Origin: an uncultured virus (IMG/VR IMGVR_UViG_3300037458_001243)
Taxonomy: Duplodnaviria; Heunggongvirae; Uroviricota; Caudoviricetes
Virus record (IMG/VR): IMGVR_UViG_3300037458_001243
Length of the DNA stretch: 64,000 nucleotides
Reading direction: 5' to 3' (one strand)
Both the position numbers and the translations under genes were made by a program. Numbering within the stretch: position 1 is the first letter of the stretch; every line of letters begins with the position of its first letter. Below, piece after piece: positions 8,767 through 16,975 of the stretch. The notes beneath the pieces were generated by a model. The model ran no database searches and was not told the origin of the DNA. It was given only the letters and a program-made list of their open reading frames with translations.

Positions 8767-10223
8767 GCCGTCCTCCAGTCGCCCCGCCGCTGGTAGGGCT
8801 TCAGATTGTAATACCCCGCCGCCAGGGCATCGTACCGAACCCGGCGTATCGGCTCCGCAAAGGTCAGCGCCAGCGAGTCCGCCCGGTCGGGCGAGCTCAG
8901 CCCCCGCTTCTGCATGTCCGCTTTCGATTCGAGCTGGATTTTGCCTCGGGTATTCAGCCCGTACTCCACTGCGATAAGCTGGCTTCGTAGTTCCTCGTTG
9001 CGAAGCAGGGATACGTTGCCGTTCAGCCATTCCTTTAACCCTCCCCACATCTCAGCTCGTTTGTTGAGGTACCGTTCGTCGTTGGGCATCGCGGCCGACT
9101 GCACGTCCACCACGCGGCGGAAACCGAGCTGGCGTAACCGGTCTACTACCCCAGCCCCGAGGCCTACTCCGTCCACGAACACCACGTCAGGGTCGCGAGA
9201 ATCGATCAACTCAGCGACTTTCGCCGCCGTCATCATCGTATCCAGCCCACGATATTCTATCTGGTCTACCATTCGGTTCGAGGAACGGAAGGTAACATCC
9301 GTAGCATTTGACCCAAACCGCGCCACGTCGACTCCCATCGCCAGATAATCGTTTGCTATCTCAGGAACGACGGCGCTTATCGCCCGGTCCACCACGTCAG
9401 TGGCGATAAACTGCACGTCGCCGACGCGGGGGAACTGCCCGTAGACGCGCACTCGGGCAAAATCAGAGTCCTCGCCGTAAATATCCAGCCACTCAGCGAT
9501 CTGGGCCTTGTTAGTCATCCGCGCGGTGCGGGAATCGACGTGCCAAGTCTTCCAATACCGACTGCGGCGCCCGAAACACTCAAAAAACGACCCGGATGAC
9601 CGGGTTGGGTTGCCCATTACCACAAAAAGTACCCCAGAAGTGGTGTAGGCGCCTTCGATAGTGTCCCAAATGATGTCGGGAATGGCCGATGCTTCGTCGA
9701 AAATGACCAAAACGTCGCGGGCGTGGAGGCCGGCGAAGGCCTCCGAGTTGTGTTCCGACCAGGGAATGGCATCCGCTACCCAGGTTTCCGGGAGTTCGTT
9801 GGAACGGTAGCTGGTCGCCATCCAAGTAAACCAGTTTCGGTTGATGAGTCGTTGGTCCCAAAGCGCCAGCTCGCGCCACAGCTTAGTCTGGAGCTGGTTT
9901 TTAGTGTTGGCGGTCGCCACGATCCCGCAATTGGGGCGCGTGGACATGAACCACTGAACCAGCCAGGAGGCCAAAGTCGATTTCCCGACGCCGTGGCCGC
10001 TGGCGATAGCGACGCGAGTCACCGTCTGACTAGTTTTCAGGGTCTCACCGATGTAGTCCATCACCTCGACCTGCCAGGTATCCGGCCCAGGCTGGCTCGC
10101 CAGCACCCCCGGCTCAGTCCACGGGTACGCATACTGTACGAAGCCGGTCGGATTGTAGAAAAACCGGCCTACATCATCGGCTATTTTGAGGTCGAGCCCG
10201 GTCAGAGCTTTGGGTTTAGCCAT
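8763..10223 (-). CDS. terL: Terminase large subunit
   Basis: Walker A ASGHGVGKS, Walker B VIFDEAS, GNPTR coupling motif, nuclease GVDVARFG...SPDRADSL. Confidence 0.95.
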   Translation of the reverse strand: MAKPKALTGLDLKIADDVGRFFYNPTGFVQYAYPWTEPGVLASQPGPDTWQVEVMDYIGETLKTSQTVTRVAIASGHGVGKSTLASWLVQWFMSTRPNCGIVATANTKNQLQTKLWRELALWDQRLINRNWFTWMATSYRSNELPETWVADAIPWSEHNSEAFAGLHARDVLVIFDEASAIPDIIWDTIEGAYTTSGVLFVVMGNPTRSSGSFFECFGRRSRYWKTWHVDSRTARMTNKAQIAEWLDIYGEDSDFARVRVYGQFPRVGDVQFIATDVVDRAISAVVPEIANDYLAMGVDVARFGSNATDVTFRSSNRMVDQIEYRGLDTMMTAAKVAELIDSRDPDVVFVDGVGLGAGVVDRLRQLGFRRVVDVQSAAMPNDERYLNKRAEMWGGLKEWLNGNVSLLRNEELRSQLIAVEYGLNTRGKIQLESKADMQKRGLSSPDRADSLALTFAEPIRRVRYDALAAGYYNLKPYQRRGDWRTA

Positions 10224-10230
10224 TCTATCC

Positions 10231-11100
10231 TTACAACAACACCGGTCGGTCAGTTATCAGCGGCTCCGGCACGCCGAACAGAGTAAAATCAGCCGCTCGA
10301 AACGGCGGAACCCTCTCGTCCGACTGGGGAGCCTCGTAACACAGACCCGGAACCGGAGTGGAGCCATTCAAACGGGGGTGGTCCGGGGATATGTCGAGGA
10401 ACTGCTGGAGCACGCTTAGATGGCTGGGATGTTGATAAACATGTGCATCGCCGAACATCCACCGCAGCCCGCCGACCTGTAACCCGGTATGTCGGGCGCA
10501 GTATAACAGAAACCCCCAAGACTGGACCCAGTTATGTGGGACCCCAAGCAACATGTCGGCGCTACGCTGGTACGACGTGAAGTACAACGCGCCGTCGCGG
10601 ACGAACGCCTGCAAGAGAGTGGTGTGGCAGGTGGTGGGGGTGTTGGGGTTTTCATTGAGTTGAGTGATCCTCGACATATCCGCCGGGCTCCACGTCGTCA
10701 GCACCAGCCGCCGCGAATCGGGGTGGTGGCGCAAACCATCCAGGAACGGAGCCATCTGATCGAAATGGAACGGGTGCCCGTACCGCATCCCGCGCAACTG
10801 CTCGCCGTAACCGGCTACATACTGGCCATCGGGATTCAACTGATGCCTCCACCACGGCAGCAGCTCGTCCGGGCATTTAGAGTCGCCCGACATGAACCAC
10901 TCCCACTCCCGAAGCGCCATCCGCCACGCCGTTTTGCGCAGGGTCACCAGCGGGGTAGTGTGGAACAACGCCTGGGGCAGCTCGATGCACGACTTGACCG
11001 GACCGTTACGAGACTGCCGGGTCGGCTGGGTGGAAATCTGCATCAACAGACGCCGGTAAGTGGCATCGGCCGGGGGGTATACGTCCTGGTAGGGTATCAC
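10231..11100 (-). CDS. thyA: Thymidylate synthase
   Basis: SRRLV..W, catalytic TTCH, YQRSADMLLGVPHN and GDAHVY motifs; probable GTG start at 11100 (GTGA overlap). Confidence 0.85.
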   Translation of the reverse strand: MIPYQDVYPPADATYRRLLMQISTQPTRQSRNGPVKSCIELPQALFHTTPLVTLRKTAWRMALREWEWFMSGDSKCPDELLPWWRHQLNPDGQYVAGYGEQLRGMRYGHPFHFDQMAPFLDGLRHHPDSRRLVLTTWSPADMSRITQLNENPNTPTTCHTTLLQAFVRDGALYFTSYQRSADMLLGVPHNWVQSWGFLLYCARHTGLQVGGLRWMFGDAHVYQHPSHLSVLQQFLDISPDHPRLNGSTPVPGLCYEAPQSDERVPPFRAADFTLFGVPEPLITDRPVLL

Positions 11101-11195
11101 GGGCGGGGCCTCGTACTCTGTTCGCGTAACGCCATCTGTTTCCGCCAAACCTGCTGCTGGCGGACTTTCTGTAACCACAGGGTCTGTTCGTCCAT
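11097..11195 (-). CDS. 32-aa hypothetical peptide (MDEQTLWLQKVRQQQVWRKQ...)
   Basis: Read by hand; GGAGG RBS; coupled by TAATG upstream and GTGA downstream. Confidence 0.5.
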   Translation of the reverse strand: MDEQTLWLQKVRQQQVWRKQMALREQSTRPRP

Positions 11196-11494
11196 TACCT
11201 CCGTGCCTGATCTGGCGGGTCGCCGCTCGGCTTTCTCCCGCATCCGTTCCAGTTTCTCCTGCGTGTGGTGGGTGCGCTCCCGCTCGCGCCGGCCAGCCCC
11301 CAGCGGGCCAGCCGGTGCGCCGACTCTCGTTCAATCAGCCCGGCTCGGTATAGCGATTCGAGCGGGGGTTTCAGGGTGTCGTAAGTGAGCTCGGCGGCGT
11401 GGGCCAGCCGGTGCGCCGCCGGCCAGTCGCCGGCTTGCTCCAGCGCAGCCAGGACGCGGGCCTTACGGCGTTCCTGTTCTTTTCTGCTTAGCAT
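11195..11494 (-). CDS. Putative winged-helix DNA-binding protein
   Basis: RVLAALEQAG...LAHAAELTYDTLKPPLESLYRAGLIER pattern; start MLSRK. Confidence 0.5.
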   Translation of the reverse strand: MLSRKEQERRKARVLAALEQAGDWPAAHRLAHAAELTYDTLKPPLESLYRAGLIERESAHRLARWGLAGASGSAPTTRRRNWNGCGRKPSGDPPDQARR

Positions 11495-11811
11495 CGTTCC
11501 GACTCTTTTCTCAGCTTGGACGCTCGCTGGTATGCCGCGTCGGCGCTCGGGCTGGCCGGCCACTCACGCAGCAGCACCTTCATCGGCCGGCGCTGGTGCT
11601 TCGGCAACTGATAGTGCGCCCGCAGGCAGGCATCGGCCTCCGGCGTCCAGCGAAACTGTGGCCGGCACGGCAGGCTCAACCTTCGTATCCGGCTGCTGAC
11701 CCGGTCGACGGTGATGCCCAGCCGGCCAGCGATGTCAGCCAGGGAGGCGCCGGCCGCGCGCATCTCCAGGAGTACGGCAGTTTCGGCGGGGGTCCAGAGG
11801 CGCCGGCTCAC
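11488..11811 (-). CDS. Putative HTH protein with two WTPxE repeats
   Basis: WTPAETAVLLEMRAAGASLADIAGRLGIT and a second WTPEAD repeat. Confidence 0.6.
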   Translation of the reverse strand: MSRRLWTPAETAVLLEMRAAGASLADIAGRLGITVDRVSSRIRRLSLPCRPQFRWTPEADACLRAHYQLPKHQRRPMKVLLREWPASPSADAAYQRASKLRKESERC

Positions 11812-12032
11812 GGGCGCGTCGTCCGGGGGTTTTCGGTGAGGGGCAGGTCATCGCAGCCATGCGGCCAGGCCCGGTTACACGCCGCCTCGATCACGGCAAC
11901 GTCGTCGGTACGCAGAGTACGCAAGTGCTTGACGAGCACCTGCTGAGCGACGATTTCCGGAGGAAGCAGCGTGTCGGCGCTGACTCGGACGATCACCGTC
12001 GGGTTTAACAGAAAGGTGTAGGTTTTACTCAT
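11808..12032 (-). CDS. Hypothetical protein
   Basis: Overlapping start/stop chain with neighbours. Confidence 0.55.
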   Translation of the reverse strand: MSKTYTFLLNPTVIVRVSADTLLPPEIVAQQVLVKHLRTLRTDDVAVIEAACNRAWPHGCDDLPLTENPRTTRP

Positions 12033-12229
12033 GGCCGGAGAGTAGGGACAAAGTTAATCGTTGAGGATGAATATAGTGCTTGTTGGTTCGCCGTATCGAA
12101 TACCTGTTCGGCGGCACTCGCCATGAATAAGGATAGCTGTTCTTTATCCATGGTCCCAGAAATTAGGTAGCAACCATTAAGTACCTCAATAATCGCTATC
12201 TGCAATCTTGCTTTGTCTTTAGTTAGCAC
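12029..12229 (-). CDS. Hypothetical protein (AT-richer than neighbours)
   Basis: Overlapping chain with neighbours. Confidence 0.5.
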   Translation of the reverse strand: MLTKDKARLQIAIIEVLNGCYLISGTMDKEQLSLFMASAAEQVFDTANQQALYSSSTINFVPTLRP

Positions 12230-12455
12230 CTGTTACCACCACGGCCTTAACGTTTTCGAAGGTCTCCGGCTGGACTCGCGTCCGCTGGCCGCGCCCCCAG
12301 TGGGCCTGATGGACAGCCCCGCACTCCGGGCACAGCAGGGGGGTGGTGTGGGTGTGAGGGCAGGACGGGTTCCCACAGCAGGGAGGTTTGAGAACGGTGC
12401 CGCAGGGGCAGAGGAACGCCTCGACGGGGTCAGGGCTGGTGGACATTATCAGCAA
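12219..12455 (-). CDS. Small Cys-rich putative zinc-binding protein
   Basis: CPCG...CCGNPSC...CPECG. Confidence 0.55.
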   Translation of the reverse strand: MLIMSTSPDPVEAFLCPCGTVLKPPCCGNPSCPHTHTTPLLCPECGAVHQAHWGRGQRTRVQPETFENVKAVVVTGAN

Positions 12456-12831
12456 ACTCCAATTCTAAGAGCAGGGCTTCGAGGACCTCCACCATGACCT
12501 GTGGATCGATCAGCGCCGCGTGGAACAACCCATACTTAAACCCGCGCGACGGCTCGTCGCAAGAGGGGCTTTCGAGGACCTGCGCCAGCGGACAGCCGGC
12601 GCACTCCGGTTCGGTGTACCTCTGACATAACGCACAAGACGGTCCGTAATACATAGAGTCGATAAGCTCGGCATCGTCGTAAACCACACCGTGAGCGGCC
12701 AGATTCTCCGGCAGCAGCCCCCGCCACTTGCGCAGGGCGTGGGCTACCAGTTCCCGGTCGGTAGCTTCACTTACGGCCAGGTCTCGGGCTGAAATTGGGT
12801 AATACTCGGCTTTCCAACTTTCGAAGCTCAT
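12430..12831 (-). CDS. Hypothetical phage protein with CALC...CAGCPL motif
   Basis: 133 aa; Cys cluster; part of the gene chain. Confidence 0.65.
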   Translation of the reverse strand: MSFESWKAEYYPISARDLAVSEATDRELVAHALRKWRGLLPENLAAHGVVYDDAELIDSMYYGPSCALCQRYTEPECAGCPLAQVLESPSCDEPSRGFKYGLFHAALIDPQVMVEVLEALLLELEFADNVHQP

Positions 12832-12834
12832 GGG

Positions 12835-13062
12835 TCAGGCTGCTCGCGGCTGGTGGGGTGGCTGGGAGATAACCGGGAGTCTGGTACCGGTGCGGGCCAG
12901 CCGCCAGCCCAGACAACCTTGCTTGCCGCAGTCGCACGCCACGGCATCGAAGCCGCTGGCGGTGATGTCGTCCCAGGGTATGGATGAGTGATCCTGGCGG
13001 TGCCTGATCCACATCTCTCGGGTATATGGGGATGGGGTAGAGGAGGTGTTGAAGAGTTTCAT
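12835..13062 (-). CDS. Hypothetical protein (CDCG...CLGW)
   Basis: ATGA overlap with the terS stop. Confidence 0.55.
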   Translation of the reverse strand: MKLFNTSSTPSPYTREMWIRHRQDHSSIPWDDITASGFDAVACDCGKQGCLGWRLARTGTRLPVISQPPHQPRAA

Positions 13063-13898
13063 GGTTGTTCATCCTCCAGGTCTATAACGGTATGCTCGAT
13101 GTGCAGGTGCTCGTGGCTGTGGGCGGGGTTATGGGCGGGGTGGGGTAAGTCAGGTTGATGGGTCAGGGCCGGCCGGTCGGGCGGGTTCAGGTCGATCAGC
13201 GCGGCCTGGGCACGAGAGCGGGCCTGCTCCAGCCGGTCGACGATACTTACGTCGACCTGTACGTCGAGTTTCTCAGCCAGCAGCCCCTGGTGTTTAGCCA
13301 ACAGCTCCAGAGCTTTGAGCTTGTCGACGCCCTTCACCTTCACAGAAGTAGTCCCGTCACGGGATGTGGTGTGGGTGATCTCCGTGACGATGCCCCGTTT
13401 AGTACGCGGCAGAGTATCAGAAGGAATCATGGAGGGCCGGCCGTCAGCGTCCCAGGACATCACGTCGGTGAGGTCGCCCATGGCCAGATTGTAGAGCTGG
13501 CGGAGGGTCAGCTCCGGAGCCAGATCGATGGGTCCCTCATTAGTGTCGAGCAACAGCCGAACCAGGAGCATGACTGGGTGCTGGGGGTTGCGGGTCACGG
13601 CGCGGCGCAGGGAGCTGGCGAGTTTCAGAGTTCCGTCCAAATCGAGGGTGTTAGCTTCGACCAGCGCTCCGACGGCCTGCTCGTAATTGAACCCGCAGTA
13701 CACCAGGGCCATAGCCAGCAACTTCTCCAACATGGTAGCCGGAGTCTGTTTGGGTCCTACCAGGGCCGCGTCCAGAAGCTCGGGTTGAAACCCCATGTCG
13801 CGGAGCGTGCGGCGCAGAGTCAGAAAGCGGGCGACCAGTGCCTGGCGGCGGATGGGGTCGCGGAGGGTGAGCAAGTCAAGGCGGGCGAGATCAAGCAT
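13059..13898 (-). CDS. terS: Terminase small subunit
   Basis: LYNLAMGDLTDVMSWD...VKVKGVDKLKALELLAKHQGLLAEK pattern; probable start MLDLARL (TAATG overlap). Confidence 0.75.
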   Translation of the reverse strand: MLDLARLDLLTLRDPIRRQALVARFLTLRRTLRDMGFQPELLDAALVGPKQTPATMLEKLLAMALVYCGFNYEQAVGALVEANTLDLDGTLKLASSLRRAVTRNPQHPVMLLVRLLLDTNEGPIDLAPELTLRQLYNLAMGDLTDVMSWDADGRPSMIPSDTLPRTKRGIVTEITHTTSRDGTTSVKVKGVDKLKALELLAKHQGLLAEKLDVQVDVSIVDRLEQARSRAQAALIDLNPPDRPALTHQPDLPHPAHNPAHSHEHLHIEHTVIDLEDEQP

Positions 13899-14083
13899 TA
13901 CGCAGGCGTAGTCTTGGGGGTAGGGGGTAGTTCTTCGATGGTGTGTAGGTCTCTTACCAACTTCCAGAAGTGGTTCCCTTGGAGGTTGGAAAGTTTCACG
14001 TAGAGCCCGGATGGAGAGTATTCCAGGACGTAACACTCGATTGGATCAGTGCCGCGAGAGCTGATGAGTATACGCTTGGTCAT
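13898..14083 (-). CDS. Hypothetical protein, first gene of the leftward operon (possibly leaderless)
   Basis: 61 aa; ATG lies 6 nt after a TATAAT; no Shine-Dalgarno sequence. Confidence 0.6.
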   Translation of the reverse strand: MTKRILISSRGTDPIECYVLEYSPSGLYVKLSNLQGNHFWKLVRDLHTIEELPPTPKTTPA

Positions 14084-14089
14084 GTGAGG

Positions 14090-14118
14090 ATTATAGGGAA
14101 AACATTATAGGGAGTAAA
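14090..14118 (-). promoter_or_regulatory. Sigma70-type promoter of the leftward (terS) operon
   Basis: TTTACT, 17 nt, TATAAT; CCCTATAAT occurs twice. Confidence 0.65.
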
Positions 14119-14253
14119 GGATTTTCTTTGTGCGTGGAACTATACCCCATAATTTTCGGCACCTTCTATCAGTAGTCCTAATTCCGTTCCGGGGTACCCC
14201 CCCCTGGGGGGTCACTCGGCCTTCGGCCTCGCCACTCCTATCTAGCGGCAAGG

Positions 14254-14319
14254 AAAGAAGAAGGCCTTCGGCCTTCGGCTTCGCCAAAAGAAGAAGGCCT
14301 TCGGCCTTCGGCTTCGCCA
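14254..14319 (+). repeat. Perfect 33-nt tandem duplication AAAGAAGAAGGCCTTCGGCCTTCGGCTTCGCCA x2
   Basis: 14254-14286 equals 14287-14319. Confidence 0.95.
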
Positions 14320-14391
14320 CTCCTACCACTCACTGGGTTCTTCAGGGGGCTGTGCCGTTTGGCGTTGTGGTACTAACAACAGGAGAATGTC

Positions 14392-14619
14392 ATGAACGTC
14401 AAAGTTAAGGGTCGGCTGGCCATTATGGACCAGGCCGCAGCGAACGCCCTGGTGCCCACAGCCAGGCGCACCAACGGGCTGTATCGAGTCCTAATTAGCG
14501 GCGACAAGCTGCTATTGTGTCAAGGCAATGATGTCTTGGCAGCCAGCCCATTAGCACAACCGCATTTCAGGTTCGATCTTATAGACGAGAACGGCAGAAG
14601 TTTGACGCCGCCGCAATGA
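14392..14619 (+). CDS. Small early hypothetical protein
   Basis: AGGAG RBS within the repeated leader. Confidence 0.75.
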   Translation: MNVKVKGRLAIMDQAAANALVPTARRTNGLYRVLISGDKLLLCQGNDVLAASPLAQPHFRFDLIDENGRSLTPPQ

Positions 14620-14634
14620 TCCCAGGAGAATGTT

Positions 14635-14925
14635 ATGAGCATCATACTAGACCGGACATACGGGTTCCAGGGGCGGGGGGCCGCCGAGTTCACCTTAACC
14701 GAAACTCATCACACCAAGGAGGAGATCATAGAAGCCATCGAGGCCCAGACGACCAGCATCGCGGATATCTCGCGATCGTACGACCCGATGAGGGGAAAGA
14801 TCAACCTTAACTGGTTACAGGGGATCCCCAAGACCCTAGGGCCAGGGAAATACGAGGCGGGGTTCATGTGCGACCCTCATGACTGGAAAGACGAAGGGGA
14901 ACTTCACTTCCAGCGGATAGGTTAA
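14635..14925 (+). CDS. Small early hypothetical protein
   Basis: AGGAG RBS. Confidence 0.75.
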   Translation: MSIILDRTYGFQGRGAAEFTLTETHHTKEEIIEAIEAQTTSIADISRSYDPMRGKINLNWLQGIPKTLGPGKYEAGFMCDPHDWKDEGELHFQRIG

Positions 14926-15003
14926 CCTTAGACGGCACAGCTCCCAAGTTCATCAGGGGGTTGTGCCGTTTGGTGTGGTGGTTATAACCACAGGAGTATT
15001 GTC

Positions 15004-15258
15004 ATGAAGAGCCATAATCTTAAGCGCGCCCGCGCCTTACTCGCCGCACCAGCCCCGACCCCGAAGTATTATTTGACCGGTACCGGAGCCCGCCCGGACT
15101 GGCAGGGCAACTACTATGTGTGGCGCGTCAGCGCCGCCGGCAAGTGGAAGCTGGCCGGTGAGGGACCAACCCCCTACGTCGCGCTGGCGAAAGCCGGCCG
15201 CGATACCACCAACGCGCCACGCCCGTCCTGGGCGGTAATCCGAAACATGGAAGTCTAA
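15004..15258 (+). CDS. Small basic early hypothetical protein
   Basis: AGGAG RBS within the repeated leader. Confidence 0.75.
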   Translation: MKSHNLKRARALLAAPAPTPKYYLTGTGARPDWQGNYYVWRVSAAGKWKLAGEGPTPYVALAKAGRDTTNAPRPSWAVIRNMEV

Positions 15259-15361
15259 TAAGTTTGACGCCGCCTCAATGATCCCAGACGGCACAGTTCC
15301 CAGATTCATTAGGGAGCTGTGTCGTTTGGTGTGGTGGTACTAACCCAACAGGAGAGCAGTA

Positions 15362-15523
15362 ATGGATAAAGCCACCGCACCCGAGTATATCGGATGGCGC
15401 TTTATTGCCGACGGTCATCGCCAGGGGTTTTACGACAAGCGGCTGATCGATCCAAGCGATTGGCTCGAAGATGGCGCCCTGCCGGATGACCACCCAGCCT
15501 GGATCGAGGAAGAGGACCTCTAG
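15362..15523 (+). CDS. 53-aa acidic early protein (MDKATAPEYIGWRF...WIEEEDL)
   Basis: Read by hand; AGGAG RBS in the repeated leader; followed by a terminator. Confidence 0.7.
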   Translation: MDKATAPEYIGWRFIADGHRQGFYDKRLIDPSDWLEDGALPDDHPAWIEEEDL

Positions 15524-15529
15524 CAACCG

Positions 15530-15557
15530 AGCCCGCCAGCGATGGCGGGTTTTTTCG
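15530..15557 (+). terminator. Intrinsic terminator
   Basis: CCCGCCA-GCGA-TGGCGGG followed by a T-tract. Confidence 0.8.
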
Positions 15558-15818
15558 TTCATAGCCACAAACTATCAGGGGTCACTCGGCCTTCGGCCTC
15601 GCCTATGGTGGGGCCGGCAACGACCGAACGAGGCGGCGCGGCAACACGCTGGGGGGCGCGTCCGTGGGAGGGTCACTCGGCCTTCGGCCTCGCAGAAAAT
15701 AAAATTTCTACGTGGATGTGACAGTTGGCTAGATACAGAGTACGCGCAGGTGGGGGGAAACGGCGAAAAAGGGGGTAAATTAGTATATTAGGATATTCTA
15801 ATGGACATAAATGGATAT

Positions 15819-16161
15819 TTGTAGCGATTTTCACTTTTTGTCGCTCACCGCTCAGCAACAACTAAACGACGATATCAGAAGGAATAAACCCTGTTTTATT
15901 AGTATTTATTATCTTAATCTTAACTAAATAAAAATATAAAATATAAAAAAAGATAAATAAAACACACTCTAATATCATCTGTATAATTTTTATTAAACCT
16001 TCTTCTTCTTCTTCTTCTCTTTTTATATATATATATATAGTAGACGATATTTGAGCTACAACGAATATAACGCTGTTTAGATACTAATAAATCAATAACT
16101 TAATTGTAGATCACATTTGAGCGACAAAAATAACGTGCGCTACAACTAAGTCATTGATTTA
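15819..16161. other. Origin-like AT-rich region with nested inverted repeats
   Basis: AT-rich non-coding core with (CTT)n and (TA)n tracts, bracketed by several inverted-repeat pairs. Confidence 0.5.
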
Positions 16162-16356
16162 ATCTATTACACCCTTGATTTTGCTTGTAGCTTTTCTTTT
16201 TTGACCCCTCTCCATGCACCTCTGATGCCAACTCAAAATATACTCTTGCTGCACCAATAGCTTCTCCCGCACTCTCTCAGCCATATCCTCACTTCTGTTA
16301 CACTTCACAAAATCCAACCAGGAGGCTATACCGTCCTGCTTAGTGTTCTTACCCAT
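16159..16356 (-). CDS. Small hypothetical protein
   Basis: 65 aa; the only minus-strand ORF with plausible composition here. Confidence 0.4.
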   Translation of the reverse strand: MGKNTKQDGIASWLDFVKCNRSEDMAERVREKLLVQQEYILSWHQRCMERGQKRKATSKIKGVID

Positions 16357-16495
16357 ATAAGGAACTCCTTATGAACTTCGAACACTTCGTTGACCCAGCC
16401 TTCGAACAATTCATGATATGTCTCCACCTGTTTATCCAAGCCAACAGGGATTTTTCCCTGATAAAAACCCATTATTTTAGTTCAAGGATACTCTA

Positions 16496-16699
16496 ATGAA
16501 CGAAACAATCGAACAAGGCATAGCGCTACGTACCACAGTCGTTATCAGAAACGAAACGTTTCATATAATTATAATACGTTTTAACGGCCACATAGTCTCG
16601 CGATACATACAAGACCCTGCTGGACGGATAATCGAACGGGTACCGTACGATGAAGAATTCGACGAATTGATGCGCGTACTAGAAAATTACCCTAGCTAA
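16496..16699 (+). CDS. Hypothetical protein
   Basis: AAGGA RBS; 67 aa. Confidence 0.6.
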   Translation: MNETIEQGIALRTTVVIRNETFHIIIIRFNGHIVSRYIQDPAGRIIERVPYDEEFDELMRVLENYPS

Positions 16700-16975
16700 A
16701 AAGGATACTCCGATGAACACCGCCATAAATCCGGGCAGTAACCAAGCCTACCGGAAACGTCAGCTTTATCGCTGGTACCGGCGTCAACGGTTCCACCTGG
16801 AAGTTTTCCTGTTTCGCCTCTTCCTGAAATACGTCTTGTATAAGACATTTTATAGGATAATCACCAACCACCCCTAACATAACCCGACATAGCTCCCTCG
16901 ACCAATCAGGGGGCTATGCCGTCTTTAATTATGGTACTAATACCACAACCTGTCACCTGTTACCGGAGTTTCCTA

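Larger units (their letters stand above)
14209..15693 (+). repeat. Three identical 24-nt repeats GGGTCACTCGGCCTTCGGCCTCGC (14209, 15579, 15670)
   Basis: Exact matches read from the sequence. Confidence 0.9.

Noticed and set aside
8767..9048. Extended N-termini in the ORF track (Q to 9048, thyA to 11334, terS to 14036, GT to 57018)
   Set aside because: They overlap upstream genes extensively; shorter starts, mostly at stop/start overlaps, fit better.
10231..11100. dCMP hydroxymethylase feeding the GTs for T4-style DNA glucosylation
   Set aside because: Retains Asn (PHN) where dCMP-specific enzymes have Asp, and the GTs lie among tail genes, not DNA metabolism genes. Not fully excluded.
1590..14003. 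Large + strand ORFs opposite capsid, scaffold, thyA and terS
   Set aside because: GC-rich antisense frames with no recognisable motifs; the minus-strand genes have clear signatures.
14105..14408. ORFs 14105..14329 (-) and 14130..14408 (+)
   Set aside because: They translate the 33-nt and 24-nt DNA repeats and lack an RBS; the region looks regulatory.
14209..15693. 24-nt repeats as a CRISPR array
   Set aside because: Spacing is irregular (1370 and 91 nt) and genes lie between copies.
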